From: Rhodocyclaceae bacterium | GTDB taxonomy: Bacteria > Pseudomonadota > Gammaproteobacteria > Burkholderiales > Ga0077523 | NCBI GenBank assembly: GCA_020248405.1 | Contig: JADCHQ010000005.1 | Location: forward strand, 5,708-69,707 | Length of the DNA stretch: 64,000 bases | Direction: 5' to 3' | Shown: positions 9,479 to 17,684 of the stretch, one piece after another | Position numbering within the stretch: position 1 is the stretch's first letter | Layout: every line of letters starts with the position of its first letter | The notes under the pieces: generated by a model | The model's database searches: none | The model's input: only the letters and a program-made list of their open reading frames with translations | What the model was told of the DNA's origin: nothing | Made by a program: the position numbers and the translations under genes

Positions 9479-9715
9479 AGGGCCGTGCTGGCGCCGTAAC
9501 CATCACCAACGGCGCCGGCCGGTCATCTACCCCGGGGCGGCAATTGCTCCGCCCTGACCCAGGTGGCCGGAATGCGGATACGATGCTTTCTCATCAGGTC
9601 TCGAGTTTCAGCAACATGCCTTGCGCCCTGGATCTCGGCCCGGCTCGCCCCTGCCCCGCCGCCGCCATGAACCTCGAGCGCCAGTCGGCGCCGATCGGAT
9701 GGACCCGGTTTTCCG

Positions 9716-10399
9716 ATGCGTCGCGCTGACCGCCTGTTTGAAATCGTGCAGATGCTGCGCGGCCGGCGGCTTACCACGGCGGCGCAACTGGCGCGCTGGC
9801 TGGAAGTTTCGGAGCGCACGATCTACCGCGATGTGGCCGATCTCCTGGCCACGGGTGTGCCGATCGAGGGCGAGGCCGGCATGGGCTACCGGATCGCCGC
9901 CCATTTCGATCTTCCGCCGCTGATGTTCACCCGCAACGAGATCGAGGCGCTGACCATGGGCGCGCGAGTGGTGGAGAGCTGGGGCGGCCCCAGCCTGGCC
10001 CAGGGCGCACGGGCTGCGCTCGGAAAGATCGCCTCCGCGCTGCCGCCGGACAAGCGCGCCACGCTGGAGGCCGCGCCCCTCTTCGCACCGGACATCGGCG
10101 TGGACGGGCGGTGTACCGCCTGGATCGATGCGGTGCGCGCGGCCATCGCCGCGCGACGCTGGATTCAGGTCGACTACCACGACGTGGGCGGCGCCGCCAC
10201 CCAGAGACGCTTGCGGCCCCTGGGCCTGTATTTCTGGGGTGACTGCTGGTCGCTCGCGGCCTGGTGCGAACTGCGGCAGGACTTCCGCAGTTTCCGGCTC
10301 GACCGCATCACAGCCCTGCACACCTTCGACGAGCGCTACCCCGACGAACAGGGAAAGCGCCTGCGGGACTTTCTTCGCGCCGTGGGGGCCGGGGAATAG
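9716..10399 (+). CDS. YafY family transcriptional regulator (HTH + WYL domain)
   Basis: N-terminal MRRADRLFEIVQMLRGRR...LEVSERTIYRDVADL (DeoR-type HTH). The WYL-type C-terminal part is RPLGLYFWGDCWSLAAWCELRQDFRSFRLDRI. Confidence 0.85.
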   Translation: MRRADRLFEIVQMLRGRRLTTAAQLARWLEVSERTIYRDVADLLATGVPIEGEAGMGYRIAAHFDLPPLMFTRNEIEALTMGARVVESWGGPSLAQGARAALGKIASALPPDKRATLEAAPLFAPDIGVDGRCTAWIDAVRAAIAARRWIQVDYHDVGGAATQRRLRPLGLYFWGDCWSLAAWCELRQDFRSFRLDRITALHTFDERYPDEQGKRLRDFLRAVGAGE

Positions 10400-10503
10400 G
10401 CCGCCCACGGCTCGCGAGGCGTACCCCCGGTTTGCGGAGGCTGCGGGCGATTGACTCGCGGACCAGGTAACCAGCCCCCACGGGCATGCCGCGGAGGCGC
10501 CAT

Positions 10504-11478
10504 TCAGGCGTGCACGCGGATGGTCTCTCCGTGGCGCGGCACCAGGAAGCGGTCGGGCGCAATACCCGCCGCCCGCAACGCCGCCGCGAGCCGCCGCGGA
10601 GGCTCGTCCATGGGCTCATCGGTGAGCATGAAGGTGCCCCAGTGCATGGCGAGCGACTGGCGCGCCTGCAGGTCCTGGTGAATGCGCACGGCCTCCTCAG
10701 GGTCCACGTGCATCACCTTCATGATCCACCGCGGCTCATAGGCGCCGATGGGCAACAACGCCATGTCCACCGGGCCGAGCCGCCGGGCGATCTCGAGGAA
10801 ATCGCGCGAGTAGCCCGTGTCGCCGGCGAAGAACAGGCTGCTGCCGCCATCCACGCGCCACCCGCCCCACAGGCTGCGGTTCCAGTCGCCCAGCGCGCGG
10901 CCGCTCCAGTGCTGGCCCGGCGTGAAGGTGTAGCGCAGTCCGCGGTGATCGACGCTCTGCCACCAGTCGAGCTCCACCACGTCGTGGATGCCGCGCCCGG
11001 CGAACCACGCCTTCAGGCCGAGCGGCACGAAGAAGCGCGGGCTGCCCGAGGGCTGCGCCGCCAACCGGCGCACGGTGGTCTCGTCCAGGTGATCGTGGTG
11101 GTTGTGGGAAATCACCACGGCGTCGATGTGGGGCAGGTGGTGGAAATCCAGCGCCGGGGGCTGGAGACGACGCGGGCCGGCGAAGCGTAGCGGCGACGCC
11201 CGCGCCGTGAGGTGTGGGTCGGTGAGCAGGTTCACGCCATCCCACTGGGCGAGGAAGCTGGCGTGGCCGATCCATGTAAGCGCGCGCACCTCGCGGTTCG
11301 CGCGCAGCCACGCCACGTCGGGAACCAAGGTCTCGAAGCGCCAGCCTCCCGCCGGAACATGCGGCAAACCCTTGCGCCAGCGCTCAAGGTACCACTTGAA
11401 GATGCCACCGCGGCTGCGTCCCACCAGTTCACTGTTGCGAAACCCCGTGGGTGTGTGATGTTGAGGCAAATCGGCCAT
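10504..11478 (-). CDS. MBL-fold metallo-hydrolase (NAPE-PLD-like)
   Basis: Start at ATG 11478 (MADLPQHH...). It has the HxHxDH motif (VVISHNHHDHLD), FFAGDTGY, and a layout like N-acyl-phosphatidylethanolamine-hydrolysing PLD-type beta-lactamase-fold proteins. Confidence 0.85.
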   Translation of the reverse strand: MADLPQHHTPTGFRNSELVGRSRGGIFKWYLERWRKGLPHVPAGGWRFETLVPDVAWLRANREVRALTWIGHASFLAQWDGVNLLTDPHLTARASPLRFAGPRRLQPPALDFHHLPHIDAVVISHNHHDHLDETTVRRLAAQPSGSPRFFVPLGLKAWFAGRGIHDVVELDWWQSVDHRGLRYTFTPGQHWSGRALGDWNRSLWGGWRVDGGSSLFFAGDTGYSRDFLEIARRLGPVDMALLPIGAYEPRWIMKVMHVDPEEAVRIHQDLQARQSLAMHWGTFMLTDEPMDEPPRRLAAALRAAGIAPDRFLVPRHGETIRVHA

Positions 11479-11593
11479 GGCGCTGGGGTATATATCCGGT
11501 GGCGAAGCAAGCAGGATGGGGATTCGTGCAGGAGGATCGTGCCGGGTTTCGGAAATGGGCGACGCCACGCAGACGGTACCCGAAGGGACTACG

Positions 11594-13585
11594 TCAGGCT
11601 CCGGGTGGCGGCGCGTGAAGCCTCGATCGTACGAATGCCGTGAATTCGTCAGCGGGCATGGGCGGGCTGAAAAAGTAGCCCTGCCCCGCGTGGCAACCCA
11701 TGGCACGGAGCACCGCAGCCGTCTCGGCATCCTCGATGCACTCGGCCACCACCTGGACGCCGAGGTCACGGGCCATGGCGATCATGGCGCGCACCACCGC
11801 CGCGCTGCGCGGGTTACGGGCAACGTCGCCCACGAAGCTGCCGTCGATCTTGACCTCGTGCGCCGGCAGGTCGCGGATATAGGTGATGGAAGCGTGGCCG
11901 GTGCCGAAGTCGTCGATGGACAGCAGGAAGCCCATATTGCGCAACCGCTCGGCCGCCCGCATGAACTGGTCGGGATTACGGGCGAAGGCCGTTTCCGTCA
12001 CCTCGAAAACCACCCCATGCCGGTCGACGCCGCTGGCGCCCACCATCTGTTCGAACTCATCCACGAATTGCGGATCGGAGAGATTGTGGGCGGAGAGGTT
12101 GCCGGCCACACGCAGTTCCAGGCCTTCGTCGTCCCAGCGCCGCACGTGAGCTAGCAACTCGCGCAGCATCCAGAGGGTAAGCGGCTTGATGAGCCCGGAC
12201 TGTTCGGCCAGGGCGATGAATTCGCGCGGCGGTACGTATTCACCCGAAGCGATGCGCCAGCGGGCCAGGGCTTCCGCGCCAATCACGCGCCCGGTGCCCA
12301 AGTCCACCTTGGGCTGGAAACAGAGGCTCAGTTCGTCGTTTCGCAGGGCCTCGCGAAGTTGGCCAAAAAGCAGGTTGCGGCGAATGAAGCGCTCATCCTC
12401 GCGGATGTCGTAGAGCGCTTCGCGCACGCCTTTCTCGCGCGCCAGCATCTGCGCCTGCTCGGCCTTGCGAAGCAACTCCTGAGCGCTCTGCGCGTGCAGC
12501 CGGTAAACGGCGCAACCGATGGTGCAATCGAGGTGGATGGGAGATCCCGCAACGAAGAACCCGAGTGGAAGCGCGCGCAGTTCATCTAGCAACCCCGCTG
12601 CTGCTCCGCCCACAGCCGGCGTGCGAACCCCGATCACGAACTCGTCAACCCGGAGGCGTCCCAGGAGGGCCCGCGGGCCAAAGGTTCGGCGCAGGGTTTC
12701 CGCCACCGCGCGAGCCAGATCCTCTTGACCCTGGGGGCCGAAGACATTGGTGATTTCGGCGAAGCGTTCGAAGTGCAGGTGGGCGGCCACCAGGCCGCCG
12801 CCGTCCGGCTCGATGCTCGACACGGCACGCTCGATGGCCTGCTGCAGACCCGTGCGATTGAGCAGATTGGTCACCGGGTCGTGCAGGGCGCGGTACTCCA
12901 GTTCGCGAAGGTAGCGCCGGGCCTGGGCAGTGTTGACGGCAACCCGCTCGTGCAGAACCTTGGAAAACTGCGCACGCACCAGGTTGAACGCCGCCGCCAT
13001 CAAGGTGGCGAACACCATGGCGGCAAACAACTGCGCGGTGAAACCGGGCGGAAACTGCCAGGCGTGGGGAATCTCCGAGCTGGCTAGGCGGGCCAGGAGA
13101 CTGACCACGATCCATGCGGCGCAAACCAGCCAGCCGGCCCTGTGGCCGCGCAGGAAAAACGCCAGGAAGGGGAACAGCACCACCCACAGGACACCGCTTC
13201 CCGCCGCGCCGCCAAACACCAGCAACGCCACCGCGACCAAGCCTCCCCACAGGAGGGTGAGCCATTCCGCGACGGGTACGAAGACGTTGCCGTGCCGTAT
13301 CAGCAGCAGCGCCACCATCAGCGGCGCGCAGGAAACCGCTTCCGCGATGGCCAGACCAGTCAGGCCGACGGCGAGGTTGAAGGCGACGAATGCAACGGTG
13401 GCGGGCAGGCCAAGGACGATCGACAGACCTACGAGCCTGCGCCGCTCGTCCTGCGTCAGGACCTTGCTGTCGTCATAGGCGAAGTAGCGCCTGAGCGAGA
13501 CGAACACACCGCGCCGCGGCGGCGCGCCGGACGGGCGTATGGGCTGGACTTCAGCGCGAGACGGCGAGGCGCCGGGTGAACTCAT
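11594..13585 (-). CDS. membrane-anchored degenerate-GGDEF / EAL domain protein (predicted c-di-GMP phosphodiesterase)
   Basis: N-terminal region of about 6 TM helices. The GGDEF-fold start is HDPVTNLLNR, but the signature is degenerate (GRLRVDEFVIG). EAL motifs appear intact (EALARW, NLS, EVTE, SIDDFGTG, KIDGSF, ECIED, QGYFFS). Its ATG overlaps the upstream stop (ATGA at 13582-13585). Confidence 0.9.
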   Translation of the reverse strand: MSSPGASPSRAEVQPIRPSGAPPRRGVFVSLRRYFAYDDSKVLTQDERRRLVGLSIVLGLPATVAFVAFNLAVGLTGLAIAEAVSCAPLMVALLLIRHGNVFVPVAEWLTLLWGGLVAVALLVFGGAAGSGVLWVVLFPFLAFFLRGHRAGWLVCAAWIVVSLLARLASSEIPHAWQFPPGFTAQLFAAMVFATLMAAAFNLVRAQFSKVLHERVAVNTAQARRYLRELEYRALHDPVTNLLNRTGLQQAIERAVSSIEPDGGGLVAAHLHFERFAEITNVFGPQGQEDLARAVAETLRRTFGPRALLGRLRVDEFVIGVRTPAVGGAAAGLLDELRALPLGFFVAGSPIHLDCTIGCAVYRLHAQSAQELLRKAEQAQMLAREKGVREALYDIREDERFIRRNLLFGQLREALRNDELSLCFQPKVDLGTGRVIGAEALARWRIASGEYVPPREFIALAEQSGLIKPLTLWMLRELLAHVRRWDDEGLELRVAGNLSAHNLSDPQFVDEFEQMVGASGVDRHGVVFEVTETAFARNPDQFMRAAERLRNMGFLLSIDDFGTGHASITYIRDLPAHEVKIDGSFVGDVARNPRSAAVVRAMIAMARDLGVQVVAECIEDAETAAVLRAMGCHAGQGYFFSPPMPADEFTAFVRSRLHAPPPGA

Positions 13586-15078
13586 GAGCGGTTTCCTAGA
13601 GAGGCGCTCTCCCAGACGATACGCAAACGCCCGCTCGAACCCTCACGGCTCTGGCGAAGGGCGGCCTCGTAGATGTCCGCGGGAGTTATGGTGTAGCGCC
13701 CAAAGAAGCGCCCCAGCAAGGTCTTGCGGGTGGGAACGACACCGATGTAGGTCTGGATGCTCTTGAGACTGAAATAGGCAAGGCTCGAACAAGAAAACAC
13801 GTTGTGATGGCGAACGTCATTGAATCGAAAATCGTACATGGAGCCGATCTTGCTAAGCGCCGAGTGGCGTCCCGCCGCCAGCACATCGCGCAACGCCACC
13901 GCCTCGCCACGCATCAAGCGACGCTCTATGGCGATGGCCTCATGGCCGAGGTAACCGTCCCCCGCAGGTTTGCCGAAGGCAAGGTTGGCAACCTGGAGGT
14001 CGTTGTCATCGAGCCTGACCGTGTCTCCCTGCACCCGGATCACCGCCAGATAGTCGCAATGGGCAAACGACAGGATGTCTTCGGTGAAGACGCCCTGGGC
14101 CATGGCATGCACCACTCGCTGGGGAGCAGTCTGGTAGAAGCGGGGGTCCGACCGGATCATCTCCTGCTCCACCCGGGTGGCGGCGCGCCATCGTCCGCCC
14201 GAACGAATCCGCAGGTGGCTCGCCACCACCGCCTCGTCTTCAGCGGTGGTATCGCCCAGATAGACGGCGGCATGGGAGAGCAGGGTGGCGTTTCCCCTGG
14301 TGCCCGTGAGGGAAATGATCAGGCTCTCGACGTAGCCGCTATGGCCGCGAAGAACGATGTCGCCCGGCTTCAGGATAGCGAGCAACTGGCGCACGTCATC
14401 ACCGCGGATGCCGTACCCGATGGGGTCGGACACCAGGAGGAACGGCCAGCGGAGATACCGCACATGGGACATCCAGGCGAAAAATCCGTCGCGGTTGGCC
14501 GCAAGCCAGCCATGCATGCCCCCGCCATAGCTCTCCTGCTGGAACGGGTTGATGTCGAGTTCACGGGTCACCGCCCAGCCGAGCAGGACGCTGACCACGG
14601 CGAGCAGCAGGACACCTGCACCAAAGGAGAGCACCAGTTCGCTCGGACTGGGAAAAACCCCGTGGGTACCCAGGAGGGCATTGCCAGCAAAACCCAATCC
14701 CAGCACCAGAGCAGCCACCAGCGCGATTGCCCCCAGGGTAGTCCACCCCGCATGGGCAAGAACCAGCAAACGCACCAGTCCATTGACCACTGCAATCAGC
14801 AGATCGTCTCGCAGGTGGGCGCCAGATGCCGCCCCTGCGCCCGCGTTCACAGTGCCTTCAGCCGCGCCTTCAGCCGTGCCCTCGCCTCGCCATAGGGAGC
14901 GCGGCAGGCTGAAAGGCAGCCGGGACTCGCGCGCCGCAACTGGAAACCTGTACCCCCGTGGCCGCGATGCGGGCCTCCGGAAGGCCGCGGGCCGCCCTGG
15001 CCGCCGAACACGACGTTCCGGGTCTCGGATCGGAAAACGGGAGAAGCTTCTCAAGTCAGACCCACTTGTTTCGCTCAT
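13582..15078 (-). CDS. membrane protein with C-terminal permuted papain-like (YiiX/YaeF, C92-type) domain
   Basis: At least 3 TM helices (LLIAVVNGLVRLLVLAHAGWTTLGAIALVAALVLGL..., LVLSFGAGVLLLAVVSVLLGW). Then LKPGDIVLRG...LLSHAAVYLGD (His block) and YDFRFNDVRHHNVFSCSSLAYF (Cys block), in the His-before-Cys order of permuted NlpC/P60-papain folds. The start is uncertain: the ATG at 15078 precedes about 100 low-complexity residues, so a later GTG is possible. Confidence 0.65.
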   Translation of the reverse strand: MSETSGSDLRSFSRFPIRDPERRVRRPGRPAAFRRPASRPRGYRFPVAARESRLPFSLPRSLWRGEGTAEGAAEGTVNAGAGAASGAHLRDDLLIAVVNGLVRLLVLAHAGWTTLGAIALVAALVLGLGFAGNALLGTHGVFPSPSELVLSFGAGVLLLAVVSVLLGWAVTRELDINPFQQESYGGGMHGWLAANRDGFFAWMSHVRYLRWPFLLVSDPIGYGIRGDDVRQLLAILKPGDIVLRGHSGYVESLIISLTGTRGNATLLSHAAVYLGDTTAEDEAVVASHLRIRSGGRWRAATRVEQEMIRSDPRFYQTAPQRVVHAMAQGVFTEDILSFAHCDYLAVIRVQGDTVRLDDNDLQVANLAFGKPAGDGYLGHEAIAIERRLMRGEAVALRDVLAAGRHSALSKIGSMYDFRFNDVRHHNVFSCSSLAYFSLKSIQTYIGVVPTRKTLLGRFFGRYTITPADIYEAALRQSREGSSGRLRIVWESASLGNRS

Positions 15079-15840
15079 GAACGCCCGCCCATGCGCAACC
15101 GGCGATCCAGACAATCGCCACCGCCGCAATGGCTGCAAAGTCCGGGCCCTCCATCGCACACCCTGCTGCTCCAATCACCCCCGGCGCCCCTTGTCAGCAC
15201 CGATCATCAGCCCCACCCGGGCAGCCGGGTTGCAGAGATTCCGCTCGGTGTACTTGCATGCGCCGGGGCGTTTCATCGGAATGGCGGTGGTCATGGACAC
15301 CACCCACTGTATATACCACTTGTTTTCGGCTGGCACCATGAACCACGCGGTGCGCGGCGCAGCGGGGGGCTGAATGTCTTCCTCGCGGGCCCGTCAATGC
15401 TGGTACCCCGCCAAGGCTGCACGGAGCCACTGGCGCTTGCCGGCAATCCAGGCGGGGGCGCAAATGCCGGTGCCGCCTCGCGGGAGTTGCAGAGGCAGGG
15501 CGTGGGAATGACCACCCTGGCGCGCCACCACCGACGGCTGCAGAAAACAATGTTGCCGCGGCGCTTCGCGCCGATGAGGCCTCGCCCGGACCCGGCCAGG
15601 ACGGTGCACCCTGGGAATTCGTGATCCAGCGTGGTGCGGGCAACGGCCTAGGGGGACACCCTGCACTGGTGGGCATCCCGTCGCGACCAAGGCGCCGGGA
15701 CGGCACCCGCCTCGCCATGGGCCTCCAGGGCCCGGACGATGAGCAGCACAATGCAGCCGCTTCACGACAAGCTAGGCGACGACTCAGGGCAGCCCGCCAT
15801 GTGTTGCCGCGCGTCTGGTTCATGGCATTGCCCGCCCGCC

Positions 15841-16296
15841 TCAGCGCAGCGCCGCCAGCGCCAGACAGGCCACCACCACGAGGGTGAGGCCGCCGCGCAA
15901 GCGCAGGTACCAGCCGGGAAGGCGAAAGCGCCGGGCCAGCGCGCGGTCCATGGTGTATTGAATCAGGAACATGGCGCCAGCCAGGAATAGCCCGGGGCGC
16001 AGGTGCACCAGCAGCGATACCCAGGCCACCAGCGCCGGGATCACGCTCCACCCCATGAGCAGGTCCCGGTCTGCGGGTCGCGGCTCGGGATGGGCCAGGG
16101 CAAAGCCCCAGTGGAGCGCGCCCACGAAGGACAGGATGCAGGCCGCGTAGGTGCGCAACCAGTCGAAGGCCACGGGACGAAACTCCGGTGGCACCAGCCA
16201 GACCGCGCCTGTGAGCACGATGAAGGGCACGAGGCCGCCGGCGCCCAACCACAGCGGCACTGGCGGAACGGGTTGCTCGGATTCGGGGGAAACCAT
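15841..16296 (-). CDS. DUF3429-like small membrane protein
   Basis: 151 aa with 4-5 TM helices. The block YAACILSFVGALHWGFAL matches my recollection of DUF3429. Confidence 0.7.
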   Translation of the reverse strand: MVSPESEQPVPPVPLWLGAGGLVPFIVLTGAVWLVPPEFRPVAFDWLRTYAACILSFVGALHWGFALAHPEPRPADRDLLMGWSVIPALVAWVSLLVHLRPGLFLAGAMFLIQYTMDRALARRFRLPGWYLRLRGGLTLVVVACLALAALR

Positions 16297-16356
16297 GGCT
16301 ACCTGTTGAAAGCTTGTCGCAGTATGCCAAATTGCGCCGCTCGCGACCTAGGCGAG

Positions 16357-17490
16357 TCATTCGGCAACGCTGCCCGACACGCACTTCCAGAAGGCCGTGA
16401 ACGAGGCGTACAGCCGGTCGGGATCGGCGCTGATGCGCGGTACCGGCACAAGCCGCACGGCAGGCGCGGCCAGGCACTCGCGATACCCTGAGTGCAGGGT
16501 GGCGCGGGCACTGATGTCGCAGGCACCCGCCAGCGCCAGCAGCAGCTGCGTCACATCGCCCAGCCAGACGCCATCGGACTCGCGCGCCAGCGCCTCGAGC
16601 ACGAAGTCCCAGCGCCGCGCAGACCACGGGAAGCGGGCATGGAAGGGCTGGTGCAGCACGCCGATCACCGTGTCCGCGCCCTCGGGCCGGCGCAACCCCC
16701 AGGGGTGCATCAGATGCACGCGCTGCCCGGCCAGCGCGGCGGGCTCGGGGGCCGGCGGCAACGGCCGCGGCGGCAGCGCATGCAGCTCCGGCACGTCCAC
16801 GGGCGCAGGCGGCATAGAATTGGGGCCGGCGTCGCCACCATGGCGGGCGTGTCTATCGAGGGCCTCGTAGCTGCAATCCACGAATGTGCCTGGGCTGGCC
16901 AGTGCGGGGGCGTAACGCGCCACGTTGCCGGCGTTGAACAGGTAGGGCTTGCTGCTGAAGGTGCCGGCGCACCATTGCCAGGAGAGGTGGTTGGACCCCA
17001 GGTCGCCGTCCAGCAGATGCCCCACCATCCAGTCTGCCGCCGACCGCCAATGCACCTTTCGCACGTGCACGGCATAGGAGGCCAGCCACAGCCGCTGGTG
17101 GTTATGCAACCACCCTGTCTGGTAGAGCTGGCGCACCGAAGCATCCACCACCGGCACCCCGGTGCAGGCACGCAACAGGTCAGGCGGCATGGCCCTCGCG
17201 TAGGCCACTCCTGGCAGCGGAGGGCGCACGTCCGCAAGAATGCCCTCGCCCAAATGGCGCCAGACATGGTGGAAAAACTCCCGCCAGCCGAGCTCGCACA
17301 CCAGCTTGTCTTCGGGTCCGAGGCAGTGGCGCTGGCGCAACCGCGCCAGCACCTCGGGCAGGTCAAGCATCCCGTGGGTGATCCAGGGCGACAAGCCCGT
17401 GACCGCGCCGTCGAGAAAATTGCGGCTGCGGGCGTAGGCCGCCGGGTCCACACGGTCAAGCTGGGCGATCGCGGCTTCGCGGCTGGACAT
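16357..17490 (-). CDS. photolyase/cryptochrome FAD-binding-domain protein (domain at N-terminus, about 150-aa C-terminal extension)
   Basis: Start at ATG 17490 (MSSREAAIAQL...). Photolyase C-terminal-domain motifs are present: SPWITHGML, ELGWREFFHH, TGWLHNHQRLWLASY, LLDGDLGSNHLSWQWCAGT and KPYLFN. Confidence 0.8.
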   Translation of the reverse strand: MSSREAAIAQLDRVDPAAYARSRNFLDGAVTGLSPWITHGMLDLPEVLARLRQRHCLGPEDKLVCELGWREFFHHVWRHLGEGILADVRPPLPGVAYARAMPPDLLRACTGVPVVDASVRQLYQTGWLHNHQRLWLASYAVHVRKVHWRSAADWMVGHLLDGDLGSNHLSWQWCAGTFSSKPYLFNAGNVARYAPALASPGTFVDCSYEALDRHARHGGDAGPNSMPPAPVDVPELHALPPRPLPPAPEPAALAGQRVHLMHPWGLRRPEGADTVIGVLHQPFHARFPWSARRWDFVLEALARESDGVWLGDVTQLLLALAGACDISARATLHSGYRECLAAPAVRLVPVPRISADPDRLYASFTAFWKCVSGSVAE

Positions 17491-17684
17491 CCATGATTCA
17501 AGCACGGGCGGCACTCCAGATGGGTTGGCAACGGGGGGGGACCACTGGGGCACCGTTCCTGCGGCCGGGCGCCCGCGTCTTTGTCTTCCGGCTGGCCGGC
17601 AAGTTGCGCGCGCCTCGGGCCACGAACGCACCGTGTGCCTCTACACTAGACCCACGCCCGCTCAGCCGCGCCAGCGCGCCTTCC

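Noticed and set aside
15420-15520. GCCACTG (B12-box-like) and AATCC strings suggesting a cobalamin riboswitch
   Set aside because: The order of the elements is reversed relative to the cobalamin riboswitch core. No B12-related gene lies downstream on either strand. The match is probably chance.
15194-16627. 477-aa minus-strand ORF spanning the gap and the DUF3429 gene region, and ORFs 15091..15624 and 15394..15765
   Set aside because: The composition is Arg/Pro/Gly/Ala-rich and there are no motifs. The ORF overlaps the DUF3429 and photolyase-like genes out of frame.
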